Shown in pieces: positions 49,559 through 63,500 of a DNA stretch of 64,000 nt. The stretch's first letter is position 1; each line of letters begins with the position of its first letter. Source of the DNA: Phoronis australis (taxonomy: Eukaryota; Animalia; Phoronida); contig NMRA01000142.1 of assembly GCA_002633005.1 (NCBI GenBank), positions 62,001 through 126,000 of the forward strand, in the 5' to 3' direction. The notes below the pieces were generated by a model. That model was given only the letters and a program-made list of their open reading frames with translations. It searched no databases and was not told where the DNA came from. The translations under genes and the position numbers were made by a program.

Positions 49559-51256
49559 AGTTTCATGCATCACCAGCTGTAACCTTCCGTTACATAATAG
49601 TGTGAACGATTTCACCAGTACAGGATAAGAGAGGCAATTTGTTCTATCACTGAAGCTCCACTCCGTGAGCGCCCCCTTCAGACAAAAATATGAAAGATAA
49701 ACAGGAAAAGGTGGGCATCAACGGGTCCTTTCCAAGGGTTGGAGCCCCAGAATATGGAAGACTGTATTCTATCAAAAACATGAGATGGGCGCTAACTGAT
49801 ACCGTCACCAGGGCCCTCTTTGTCAGGTTCTTAATTTATATAAGTGACATACATTATCAAAAACGAGAAAACGGCAGATGACTCCGGCATCCCTTGCCGG
49901 AGAGGGGTACCTTTAGAAATAGCTTTGCATTCCCTAAAAGCCGTCTTCTTGAATTTCGAAAATCTGAATGATCCAAGTGATCTTTTCATAACAAGCTTCC
50001 GTGAACTCTTTCGATGCATATGATTAAGAACCCGTGCGTTTGGACGATATACTTGCTGCAAAGACAAGAGCCCCTAACAAAAATGTCTTCACCAGGATCC
50101 CCAAGGGGCAGTCCCAGCACCGGTAGTTGATAAATGTTTCTCTTCTACGTGTCTCGGGGAGTCATTCTTTTCTTGACTACCCTTATGGCCGGTCGCCACG
50201 GGTTTACCCTCACGCCTTCAAATTATTGGAGCACGTGCCCTCCCCACGCTTCCTACGGCCCAGCTGTGTCACTTTCAGTTCCACAAACTCCAATGCAATT
50301 TGTCCCGAGGACATAAATCTCGAGGCCAAAGAAACGAGAGATCAGCCACAGTACAAATATTTGCCCCCAAATATTTAATATTGCAGTAGCGCTTCTACAC
50401 NAGTTACATGCATCACCAGCTGTAACCTTCCGTTACATAATAGTGTGAACGATTTCACAAGTACAGGATAAGAGGCAATTTGTTCCATCACTGAAGCTCC
50501 ACTCCGTGAGCGCCCCCTTCAGACAAAAATATGAAAGATAAACAGGAAAAGGTGGGCATCAACGGGTCCTTTCCAAGGGTTGGAGCCCCAGAATATGAAA
50601 GACTGTATTCTATCAAAAACATGAGATGGGCACTAACTGATGCCGTCATCAGGGCCCTCTCTGTCAGGTTCTTAATTTATATAAGTGACATACATTATCA
50701 AAAACGACAAAAACGGCAGATGACTCCAGCATCCCTTACCGGAGAGGGGTACCTTTAGAAATAGCTTTCCATTCCCTAAAAGCCGTCTTCTAGAATTTTG
50801 AAAATCTGAATGAATTTGCTCCAAATGATCGTTTCATAACAAGCTTCCGCGAACTCTTTCGATGCATATGATTAAGAAACCGATTTCAAGTGCGTTTGGA
50901 CGATATACGTGCCGCAAAAACAAGAGCCCCTAACAAAAATGTCTTCACCAGGATCCCCAAGGGGCAGTCCCAGCACCGGTAGTTGATAAATGTTTCTCTT
51001 CTACGTGTCTCGGTGAGTCATTCTTTTCTTGACTACTCTTGTGGCCGGTCGCCACGGGTTTACCCTCACGCCTTCAAATTATTGAAGCACGAGCCCTCCC
51101 CACGCTTCCTACGGCCCAGCTGTGGCACTTTCAGTTCCACAAACTCCAATGCAATTTGTCCCGAGGACATAAATCTCGAGGTCAAAGAAATGAGAGATCA
51201 GACACAGTACAAATATTTGCTTCCAAATATTTAATATTGCAGTAGCGCTTCTACAC
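49559..51256. repeat. ~0.85-kb direct duplication split by a single N (likely allelic haplotype overlap)
   Basis: 49559-50400 and 50402-51256 are colinear with SNPs and small indels; junction is the N at 50401. Confidence 0.9.
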
Positions 51257-51894
51257 CTCCTCTACATTAACCCTATTGAAAGTAAAATCTCCTCAACCAA
51301 TATCGCCGATATGGCAATTGGTTGACACGGGCGAACATGAAAGGAATTGACGCAACCTAACGACAATAAAATCTGTAGACACAAGTAGAGCCGATATATT
51401 GGATTTTTTTACACCTGTTTGTATTATGATTGCGGATTGTTTGTTTTATTTCGATCAATAACTACACCATTACCTGTGGCTTCAGTCAAGACCGTGTAAC
51501 CTTGCCAGGCGTATTGTAAATTTTCTAGCGAGTGCTCTCGTTGATGTAGGGTTTAGTCATGTTCAATTTGTGTAGAGCTTCTCAAAGATAACAAGTTAGC
51601 AACGAACTCTTGAGTCGAGAAGACTGGTGTGTCTATGGTTTACGGTATGACAAAACCACCGAATTCTCTGATAATATTAAAAGCGATCAGCTTTGAAATA
51701 CCAGAGTTAAGCAAAACACGCCATGCTCGGAAGGAAAACGCTCCAGATGATGGTGTTTGAAGAACACACGAGCGCTCGTTGATACAGACATTAGTTCTCA
51801 GACACGTGACAAACAGTGAACAGTTGCGATCTCACGAAAATTTGCTCATGATGGATAAAAAGGCAGACTCGTTTTTTTACGGTGCCGATGTGTA

Positions 51895-53740
51895 ATGGGC
51901 ACGGCGGAGAAGGTTGCTCGAAACAAACAACGACTCGAGGGATTGCGGTCGAAAGAGAACAAGTTGCCAGCTATGCCTAACTTGGCACCGGTGAACGGTG
52001 AGGTGGAAAATTTTCATTATTGGTACACGCTGAAGCCGTGTAAACCGAAGGAAGACGTTCGTCTACCTTCTATTGACAGTGAGTAGTTTATAATACCGGA
52101 GTATTTGATTAATTAGAATTATACTATTTATTGACAGAAAATGTAATTCAGTGCTGAAATTTAAAAGTATTAAGTGATCCACAGATTTTTCGATTGAAAA
52201 ATGTTCGCAGTGGCTGTCGATTGTACACTCATGATGTTTAAATTATGGTCTAACCCTGAAGCGAGAATAATTTGACATAGCAGCTTACAAAAAACCAATG
52301 AATGTGCTAAGGTATCAGTTTTGAGTTACAGAAAAGCCGAAGGACAGGATTTTACATAAACGACCAATATGTTTTACGACTGGTTTGCGGTCGGACTGAA
52401 TGTTATATTAACGTATACATTCAGTGCATGCCAGAGGCAGATTACCTGTTTATATCAATCATTAAGCAAAATGTCAACTTTATCGTTTTGATAACACACC
52501 TTTTTAAACACTCTATATCCATTGGCGAGCAAAAAAATCAAACGAAAATGTCCGTATGGAGTTTAATATATACAAAATGTCACACAGCACATTGATATCA
52601 ACCATACACTGGATTATAAAAGGAAAAGACTGGCGCACTGCAAGTCTCCTTCCAAGTAATATTTGGAAGGGGAAAATAATTTCGAGCAACAAGCACTGAG
52701 GTATGTATGACAAGGATTAATCTTGACAGCTCGATAATCCCGTCAGCGTGTTTTTCGCATGCTCCCTGAAATCAAGCCTACATACATGGCTGCCATTCCG
52801 TACGACGATTACTGCAGATTTCAAACAAGAAGAGAGTGACATCGGCGTTATACAAGCAAGACCTGTTTTCAAATTTGATTACTTTACTCAAGTCACTCTT
52901 GGGTTAGCTAAGGAAATATGAATCTTGAATATTGATATGAAATGACTTTAGGGCGAACGTAACTGAAATACTATTCAGAAATGCCGCATTTACAGGTTTC
53001 TATTTGCTCTCAAAAAAGCAAGTAATCAATACAGTTTTCCTAATATAAAGTTTTTATGAGGCAGAGCTTCCGATTTCAATGTAAAGTGAATAAGCGGTTT
53101 ATTTACGCTAAAACTTCCCATGCGCTCCATTCCAACCGCAGTATAACCATAGAAATCGAAATGTTGCCTTATTTTAGTACTCGAATTTTGTGACCGTCGC
53201 AAAATTTAGTCGATACATTCGACACTTGCCTTAGTGAGAGCAACGAAATGTGTTAAGGCAATAGTCACTTTACCAAAACAGCGCTCATGTACACTTTTAT
53301 GTGATCCACGTTTTTAATTGTAGTTAAAGATATTAACATTTGCTGAAATATTTTCGGTTTTTTTTAAAATGGGAAAACTTATTAAAATTTGGTTGTTTGC
53401 AATAAACAGTCATTCACATGATTTGACATGCAGTGAAATTTGTTGTATTTTTTCAGCGATTATGATGGAAAAGCGAGTTAACGACTTTGCCCGTGAAAAG
53501 AAAAACAATCCCAATACAGTCAGATATAACAAATTCTACGCCGACATGGACAATGAGCACTTCCGCGATATCCTGCATCCGACCCAGCTCCCCCCAATAA
53601 CGCAAGATCAACAACTAGTCTCCACGGTCAGGAAAAGAAGTTCGGCATACCGGAAATCGTCAACGACATGCGCGCCTTCTAACACGTATGGTCATGTGAA
53701 CGAAGCCATGCCGCAGTGGAGGCTCAGCAGACGTTATTAA
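51895..53740 (+). CDS. Uncharacterised two-exon 155-aa basic hydrophilic protein
   Basis: Exon 51895-52078 (donor A|gtgagt) and exon 53457-53740 (acceptor tatttttttcag) join in phase 1 into one 468-nt frame; AATAAA at ~53965. No family recognised. Confidence 0.6.
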
Positions 53741-55466
53741 TGCAAGCAGGCCTATACTGAGGCGCTAGAAATCGGACGAAGTATTTAGCAGTCTACTCGA
53801 CAGTAAAAACTGCTATTGGTAATACTCAGATGCCATGTTGTCATGACTGCAAGCCATAATCCAACGTCAAATTTTCCAGACAAGTATACTAAATAATGTT
53901 ATAAACATAAGCCGTGTTTTCGTGGTGACGAAAACACGCTGTTGGCGTTCACGGAACCAAGTGCAATAAAATGATTTAACTTCAAGAAGTAGAGTATTAT
54001 TGTTAGTTTATGGAGTACTAAGCAAAAAAAATCTAAAACGTGACTTAGTCACTATTGAGCGCAAACGGTCTTATCATCACGAGATTACGATTATTCAGCA
54101 CGGTTCATTTTTAACAAAACCTAGTATAAGCCTGGAATTCGTAAAACACGTTCATTGCGGTCGAACTTCTACACATTATTTGTATGTGCAAATCAATTTT
54201 CCAAATGCGTCGCTAGTATAATTATGAAGACCAAGAACAGAAGCAGTTAGAACCGGCAAATGAATACATTCCCACGTTCAAGGATCGTCTCATGCGATAT
54301 GAAATTTAAAAATATCTTCTTTTCAAAAACAAATCGACGATCTATATTACTAGTTAGTGTGGGGATAAGACTTCAAATGTATTCTGCGGGCTTGTTCTTC
54401 AAAACTACAACAGATACATTCTTAATTTGAATGATGTCGGTTACCATAATCATATCGCGAACAAGGACAGCGACAGCAGCACCAACGCGTGAGTGAACTC
54501 GATACTCCCGACAATCTCGGCCAATATACATGTAGATAAGGCCCAAGTTAAGTGTTTATCTCCCCATGTGCGACCAAAGGTGAAATATGTGCATGGCTCA
54601 AAAAATTTTATTTGCCCTCTGGTAAAATAATTATTTTCAATCCTAAAATCAAAACATTCTTTGTGACAAAAATGAGCAAGTCCCGACAGTGATTAGTACG
54701 AAATACAGTAGTTTACTAACCTACCACCACACTGAGAGGTGTTCGAGTAGGACCAACGATTTAAGAACGGTCTGTAATGAGGACGGGTGTTTGGTGTAGG
54801 GGGCATAGTAAGAAAATACTGGCAAATGTGTTCCTCGTCTTCTGTCACTACTTCATGAACTCGTTCGGTCGTCTCTGGACCGGAAACGCAATTTGGTGCG
54901 ATCCTCTCGGCAGAACCAAAATAATTCTTTCCGAAAAACACAGGGATTATTTGTTGATGTTAACAATGTCTTAAGTGTCATTTTGCACTACAAGCGCATA
55001 TTCCTGCCCAAATACAATCAATCGAGGTTCTTTAAAACCACACGGATTATTGATGTTAACTTTTGATAACTCTTATGTTGGATACTGAGCGTACATTACA
55101 ACAGGGTCTTTTGAATAGCATGATTGTATTATCTTGGTGAATAAATTTATTTATTTTCTAATAAACATTTCAAGTTTGTTAATATTAACTAGAAGTACTA
55201 CTCCCCCATCCACGTCACCACAGATTCGACCAGCCTCAAGATTATCCATTCCAGAAAAAGTGCACTTATCTCAGCCTACCATTGACAAGCTAGTTATTGT
55301 CACAGTAGCTGATGGCCACCATAATTAGTTTGTTGCAGAGTAAGGTTCATTAGTTGCTTGGCAACCAAATAGCACCTTGATCAACCATATACCACAGACA
55401 AAAGCAACTTGAGTAACCAACAAAAGCATATTGAACACAGCTGAATAGTGTTCCATTATCTCCATG

Positions 55467-55625
55467 CCGTGGCGGATTTAGGGAGGGAGCAAGGGGGCCA
55501 TGTCCCTCCCTCAAATTCTCCCAGATTCCATTGGACAGTTTGGGGGAGCAAATGTCTGACGGGCGAAATCCTGGCAAATACTCTGCCGTGGCCCCTTCTA
55601 ACTCAAAATCCTGGATCCAACCCTG
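55467..55625. mobile_element. Short MITE with 5-bp TSD (hAT5-like), copy 2
   Basis: Homolog of 9376-9537; flanks ccatg/ccata. Confidence 0.75.
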
Positions 55626-55841
55626 CCATATTTAATAAACAATTACATTTTAATTCAGTTTACAATCAATGGAAACACTTTAAATCATTAGCTACGTACA
55701 TCAAAAAACTTAATTAAGTACAAACCATAAAAATGATTCCACAACTTCAAAGCATGAACTCTTTGTCAAAAATACAAAATTTGTGATTCAGAAGGTTAAA
55801 ATGAGGCTACTATATGCATGTATATGTATGAATATATCTGA

Positions 55842-55853
55842 GTGTGTGTTCGT

Positions 55854-55884
<31 letters not shown>

Positions 55885-55903
55885 CGTGTGTGTGTGTGTG
55901 TGT
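55842..55903. repeat. (TG)n microsatellite
   Basis: Imperfect TG dinucleotide run. Confidence 0.95.
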
Positions 55904-56639
55904 GCATGCATGCACGTGAGGGTGAATATATATACAATATATCACCAACGATTATCATATGAAAATCACAAAAATACCTATTAGAATTACAGAATATTAT
56001 TTACTAGAATTATCATCACATAGGACATGTAATGAAAACACTTGGTCGATTTCATAATTAAAGACTACTCATGTATAAAGTCAAATTGATTCTAGGCAGG
56101 TAGTCGTCCTAGGTATACACATTTTGAAGGAACTAAACGTTTCTTGAATAAAAAAATTACTCTTGCCTTTTAATTCTGATCAACTTTATTTTAACACCCA
56201 ACATGAAAAAATTCAGTATGTAACATGTAGTTTGCACAAGAAATTCCCTAGCCAATATTCAGCTCTTAAACATATCATGAAATCTTAATTTAATTTATTT
56301 CACATGACATCCATCATTACTGATTCACTGCTAGCCTGCTCTCAAATCTCCAGACACCATGGTTATCATTCAGAAACTTTAATTTCCAAGTGCACTATTT
56401 CCATATATTTATTAATTTTTATCAAGTAATTTTACACTTAACTCTCATAACCAGATCAGCTGAATATATGACTACATATGAATAATAAGGCTAAACCCAG
56501 TCCTTTTAACTATTGAGCAAAAAAACCCACAGGGCTCGGGTCTGTGATTGTTCAGAATGCATCAGCAGATGCGATATTTTTTTACTACAAAAATTCAACT
56601 CATACTTTTACTCTGCTAAAACCAGCTTCAGTGTTATAG

Positions 56640-56961
56640 CAACACAATTGGCAGCATTGATGCCACCAGGAGGAGCTGATTGAGTGCAGCTCACATTTTT
56701 AGTGCCTCCACTTAAGGAAAATCTATCTACGTCATGGATTAAGCCATTTAAGGCAGTGAATATAGAAGAGCTGAAGAGCCACTTTAATATTAAAAACCTA
56801 AACACGGATGCAAACATTGAAATCGTGACTGCACTCCATCTGTTGGCCACATCATGTGACCTAATAAATATAAGTCTGAAAAGATTTCTGCCTCGACTGG
56901 GACTCGAACCCAAGACTTTCAGCTAACAGTGCAGACGCTCTAGCCACTGAGCCAACGAGAC
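56640..56961 (-). mobile_element. tRNA-Asn-derived SINE (tRNA-like head 56889-56961)
   Basis: Minus strand GTCTCGTTGGCTCAGTGGCTAGAGCG...CTGTTAG...GGGTTCGAGTCCCAGTCGAGGCA has A box, B box and a GTT anticodon loop, but a broken anticodon stem, and continues into a non-tRNA body. The 3' boundary is approximate. Confidence 0.65.
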
Positions 56962-57532
56962 CGCTGGTCAAACACAGAAATCCAATCAGACTTAATAGTG
57001 GGCATCATACCCTTGATCTAGTACATATGAATACGTCAATTCATAAACATGTCATATTCCTAAACATGGATGCATTTTTGAGGCTTTTCAAAGACATAAC
57101 ATTAGTTTTTGGCAAAAAATGATACACGACGTGCAGCTTAGAAAATAATGCAGGCACAGACCAGATCTAAATGCTTGTGCTGTAGTGCTGTAGTGCTGTA
57201 GTGATGTATCCATTTAATTGGCTCTTCTGAAGAAATAGATCATATCATAAGTCAAGCGAACACTGAATTTTTCCAGAAGTTTGCTACATTCAGGGTGGAT
57301 CTAAACTATCTCAAACTTACTTCATCTCAGATTGAAGTATTGATGGCTAAGGTGCATTTTCTAGAGCTTATCATTGTGAAGACAATTCTAAGTTAGAATG
57401 CTAACGGTGCAGAACACTTTCGACACCTGATATGAGGTACAGTAGTCCAGTTGTATTGTTTAAACACTGTAAACATTTACGGGCATAACACTGTGGCCAA
57501 AATGGCTCAAATGGAATGCGAGTTCACTTTGG

Positions 57533-60500
57533 CTAGTATGACTTCAAACACTGCACGTGCTCCACGGTAACGGACTTCATACCTTTGGCCCGGACACTGA
57601 ATGGAAAAGACTTGATCCCATGACAAGCAGCACCTGGGAAACATAATGCCAGTCTATTGAAAAACATAAGATTAGGCGATGGAACATGATAACACTAGGA
57701 CAGCAACAGTAGTAACATAATAACTCACCTAGTACATTAACACTGCAGAAACCATCAATATCAATAGCAAAATATCACCAGTTTCAGACAAAAACAATCA
57801 CCAAAATTTGGCATTAATTTTTTCATTTTTCAAATGCTCCTAACAGTGTCATGGATGCCAACAATTTTCAATTTTCTTATGGTAGCCGAGGTATAGGACT
57901 TAACATTGAGAAAGCAATCGTTTTGGAGCTACTTATAATTTATGATAGAGATGAAAAAATAAAGTTTCTAACAACGATAAAGCAATCGTTTTGGAGCTAC
58001 TTATAATCTATGAAAGAAATGAAAAAAATACATGTTCAAACAACCATACTTTCGGAGCTACTTATAATTTATGACAGAAACGAAAAAATAACTTTATTAA
58101 CAACGATAAAGCAATCCTTTTGGAGCCACTTAAAATTTATGAAAGACATAAAAAATAATTTTTTCATTTGTTTGCCTTATATTGTCCTAAACTGGCGAGA
58201 TTATACTGCAATTACTCACATATTCAGTAACTGATGAAGTAAAATTAGATTATACCTTTGGGAGCCCAAGTGACACCATTGGTGTTCCAATGACAGGCAA
58301 CAGTCCTTTTTTTTCAAAACTGTCATTTTTCATTTTTCAAATACTGACATCCATTCTACTTTACAGATAATTAGTTCAATCTACTAAGTGTTGCTTTAGA
58401 AGCAGTGTCTGCACAAAACAAACCACGCCAAGAATGAAACAGAATTTTCTTAGTGTTCACTTTGAAACAAAATTTGAAGAAATTAATGTAATCCCACTTG
58501 TCAAGATATTCATTGTGAGTACCAAGTAAGAGAATTGCAGTGAATATTTCAACTAGCAAGTAAAGGACTGGTATGGTTATAATGTGCTCAGTGGATTTCA
58601 TAGTTATTTTTGTCTAAGCAAACGGTTTAATTCTTTGTACATGTATTAGTCCTTGGATTTCATAGTTATTTTTGTCAAAGCAAACCATTTCATTCTTAGT
58701 TTGTAAGTCCATGGAGTTCGTAGTTATTTTTGTCTAAGCAAACTGTTTTATTCTCCCTAAGTCCATGTTTGAAATGATCAATTTTGCAGTGCTCAATATA
58801 CAGTAAAATCTCACCAATTTTGGACAAAAAATATTAATTGCTAAAATTGCCGTTTTTCATATTTCAATCGCTTTTGTGAATGCCCACAGACGATAGCTAA
58901 GGTACAGAACTTGAACAGAGAAAACCATTAATTTGGTGCTACATATCTTCCATGGAAAAATGAGAAAATGAAATTTCACATGTCAACCATATTGTGTCAC
59001 AAATTGGTGAGATTTTAACGTAACTTTAGTTTAATATAGGCTCAATTCAGCGACTTGTGAACCCTCTTCACATTGTTTCATCTTCACCAACAGAGGCGCT
59101 CTACGTCAGTGAACATGTCATGAAAATGTCCTTTAAGCTAGATTGCATCGTCACAACCAGGTTTTATCTAGCTCAAGGCTTGCGTTTTTGTCGACAAAAT
59201 CAGTATTACCTCACGAATTTTGAAAATTCAAAAATCCAAAAACTAAGTCTAATTTTACTCCATTAATAAGATTTTATGGTTTCCATCAGTTTCATGTCTC
59301 AAAAAATGGAAAAGTACAACCTGGCCGCTTTCCAGCCTTCTATTTAGATATATATGATGAGAAACACAAGAACCCTCACTATGTGACCTAGTGAATAGAG
59401 TCACTCTATTGATCACTAGCCTCCAAGTAAGAATGGAATGTGGACAGAACCAGAGGGGCTGACCAAGTGACATTGGAGAAATTTAAAAGATTTCTCCAAA
59501 TCGATCCTCAACTCATATGAAGGGGATGTTTACAGCATGGTCAATACTGTGTGAGACTATTGAAACCACCAAGTGCTCGAAACGTCATAACTCACAATAA
59601 TTCACCCTTGTTCTACCACTAGTATGGAACTACAGACAGTTTACTAATATCAGAGTTGCTGACTAATTCAGCACATAATTTGTTAGTAATCTTCTAGCTA
59701 AAGATGTGTATTTCGCAAGTGAAAGCTTATTTGATTTTCCACAAGATGGCGTGATACTCATAAACAACAAATTTTAGAGTGATTTAGATCGTTTTCGACT
59801 AAAAAAGAGTCATTAAAATTAACCTCTGCTCATGGGGTCGGCATGGTTGACTTCTTCCCACCTGACCACAGCCCAGAAAAACTCTTTATCTGGTTGTAAT
59901 TCCCAATCCAGAGATAAATTCATTTTCCCATTGTATAAATGAAATCTAATTCCATGGAATATTCGTCTCCAAAATTCCACTCTCAAGATCTCAACATAAT
60001 TTCAAAAGCAGACGATATCCCAAAATGGTTTACGCCACATAATTGAATTTTTCATCCATCAATCATTCACAAACTAACTGTAATTGACCTATCAAGAAAG
60101 GCAAAGCCTGACTTGTTAATTACAGTAACTTGATATTTGTGTTTTTGACCATTTCCGTCATTTCCGTTGTTTTTTTTCTACCTCCACCTTCACTGATCTA
60201 ATGCAGTCTTAAAATGTCCTTAATTTTACAGGTAATTTTCAGACGATTTTTAAAGATAATCACATCATAACAGTTGCCAGTCCAGCAGCAATGCAGAATG
60301 TAGTAGTGTACAAGTGGATATTTTAGATGAATTACGATTCGAGTACCTCTGATCGAAAAGTTCATCACAACACCTGTGACAGCGCTTTGCTCCAAAATGT
60401 AACTATTTCAGCTTAACTTATTTATGAAGCACTTGCTAATGAAAAATAAAACAATTTTTAGAATTGCATAAGCAAACAACAGAGTTTTTGTAAAGCAAAA

Positions 60501-63500
60501 ACCAATTAGAACGAACCACAATGTGAAATCTACAAACATGCCGCCACCTAATGTTTCTGAAACCTGTGCTTAAACCAAAGACAACTCCACAAGAAATTGA
60601 CACCCCCTTGTACATCAAAACAACCAACTAACTTATCTATCATTCTAACATTAATTAGCCACAGCTGAGTTATGAGCGTCTCCAATTACTTTGCGTGCAA
60701 ACGACATGAATGAGTTACACAACAGATATGAGCAATCAGAGCCATTATGTGTCCAGTCCTAGAGTACAGCGCTGATTGACTTATAATGAGGCATGTTCAA
60801 TAGAGAGAGCGAGCATCTATCAAAAGTGCAAGCTTGCTATTGAATGACAGCATGTGCACGCTTCAGAAAACAAAGAAAGGTCCCAGAATCAATGTAAAAC
60901 AAGTTTATGCCATTAAATCAAGATATTCATTCCTGTACCAAATTTACGACACATTCATCTCCAACCATCTTGTCACGCACGCTTCATGTACTTCCCACGT
61001 ATACCGCTTAGAATCATCGTCACTGCTCAAGGTAATCACCTTGAAATTCTAAGGTAACGTCAGTTGCGCACCATCTTGGATTTGAACGATAACCCCCTAT
61101 CGTGAGTGATCGCGAGCACTCGTTGGTGCCCACTTATTGAATAAACTTTTGTTTTCATGTCTTTGTGAAACTGGATCCAACTACTCCTAAAAAAGCTAGG
61201 TGAAAATGTGGTTACACGAGAGAGAACAAGGCTAATTTTAAGTAATTTAAACAAACTGAAAGAAGACTGAAGCCCTGTAGACTATTGTTTTAAGTCACGT
61301 TGCATTTGTAGTACTCAAGACAATCCCCATTTTCAATGTTAACAAGTTACTGTAAGAAGATAAAAATGACTCCATACAATGATCAAAGCTGCTTGATAGT
61401 CTTAACTATAAAACTTTAAGCACCAAAAATTTAAACCTCAACGCAAAATAGTTTTCTGACATCGTAACGAAAGGTTTGAGACATGTTTGTTCAGCATCCT
61501 GGCTCATAATTTGCATTTTCAGGCAGTAAGGAGTTGAATTTAGTCCCCAATGTTCAAACTGTAACTTACCATAAGTACCACTAGAGGAAATAGCTATGAT
61601 TGCTCCCACGAAGTCGGGGTATTTCTTGGCTATCTTGGCCACAACAGTCGACGCAGCAGTCGAAGGTGAATGGCCATCCCTCATCAACTCCACGACATGA
61701 AAACTGACGGTAAAAAAACACGTAATTAAACAAGGAATTAAACAAATTTGCCATCATTACTGGCCAAGTCACTTAAAGCTTATAAGTACCTTAAAAGGAC
61801 ACTAAACCCAGTTTTTGCTTATGAACATAGAACTCTCCTACACAGCTCTATAAGACAAAATGGCATTCTGTAATCCTTATCAAAACTCAAAAGTTTGAAG
61901 CAAATCAGAAAATTCTTTACAAATTCTGCTAAAAGGGCAAGTGTGACCCTAAATTCGGGAGAGCAACACGGCAACTTTACGGAATGACCGCCCACCAAGA
62001 AACATCCTGTGACACAGGAAGTGAAATTGTTTTCAGTTGAATCCTTCTTTTATCAATCAAGTGAGATGCCAATGGTGCAATAGCGGGTAAACAGAACAAG
62101 GATTGGTTGGTATCTGTGGTATTGAATGATTGCAAGCCCAAATTCTATTTCAGGCCAGGCACCCCTAGATGTTTTAGTTTGACGACTTCAAGCAACCTTA
62201 ATCTGGCATTCTATAGCCAAACGAATGTGTTCATAAAGAATCAGGAAGAGAAATTAACTGTGAGACAACTTTGATCATATAGATCTTGCATATCATGCTT
62301 CACATACTTATAGCTAGACAACTGCTTGACGACTGTTAAGCGTTTTATACTTTGTCTGCACCAAGGCAAGAAACTAAGGGCTGTTCCAGCAAAATCTGCA
62401 TGGGAGGGGGAGAAGGCACTTTTATTTCGTACCCACCAACCATATTTTTCATTTATTTCTCCAACCCATGACCCATAATTTTTTAATTATTTTAATAGGT
62501 TAAAATATAAAATCCAACACTTGCAAACAAATTGCCTCCAGGAGGACCTGTTAAGAACTTAGATGATTGACAGACAAGAACTAGTTGTCTTGTCCAATAT
62601 TGTCAAAAACTAAAGTAGCCTGTGAGCAATACTTTTGGCAGCCACCAGGTGTCTCTGTTCACCATGTGTCTATAATTTCAATGAACATTTTTTCAATTAT
62701 AAGGATCTATGAATCTCAAACTGTCTCCACGAACTCTTTTATACTTCTATGTCAAGTGAATATTGGAACTTGTTTATCTTACTCCTCATACTTTTTATTT
62801 AAAAATCATCAATTTTCTTATATGTGTTAACACCAGTTTAGTGTTGCATAACTTTTCAATTCAATAGGACTGCAGACAAACAGTTGGCTCAAATCAAGTT
62901 GCCCATGACTTCATTAATGGCTTAGTGAACATATTACACTCTGTTCACTGGCAATATGGGCTTTTTTGTGTTGGGATAAGTTAGGATATATGCCAATTGC
63001 ACTTTTTTGAGTTTTGACCGCTGAAGTAACCAACCTGTCAACATTAACAGGTCAAAAAATACCCATTTTTAATGCATCACTTCTTACAGGAATGACCACC
63101 CATAATTTGAGTTTTTTTCTGAAGACCACCACCCATGAATTTTTGTTTCTACTGCCGTCCCCCCCCTCCCACACAGATTTTACTGGAACAGTCCTAAGCC
63201 TATAACTAATTTAATCAACACTGATTCCAAATAGCTCAAACCACAGGATAAAATTTTCACCGGTGTTCAATTTTTAGTCATTAGAATCATGGTTGATGCA
63301 TTAGTGTAATTTCCCTCCGCAGTTAAATATGTCCATTGCTTGTTTGGAGACCCAGACTGTAGCCTAGAAGCAGTTCATTTCTAATTAATTCTCTGCTTAG
63401 CAAAATATCATTAAGCGACAGTTGCAAAATGCTAATGAATTTTCAATCGTTCTTGCATGACATTTGTGGCTATCGCAACCTGGAAAAAGCTATTTACTAG

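Noticed and set aside
49690-51234. Repeated ORFs MKDKQEKV and MINVSLLR
   Set aside because: Lie in the haplotype duplicate; an indel changes one frame; no recognisable domains.
55353-55365. Palindromic RFX X-box-like GTTGCTTGGCAAC
   Set aside because: Single short motif between two gene 3' ends with no nearby start; cannot be supported from sequence alone.
56889-56961. Functional tRNA-Asn gene
   Set aside because: Anticodon stem does not pair properly and the acceptor stem has a mismatch; treated as a SINE head.
57911-58760. Repeat-spacer-like arrays resembling CRISPR
   Set aside because: The intervening parts are themselves related and AT-rich, the arrays lie in a eukaryotic intron and there are no cas genes; ordinary minisatellites.
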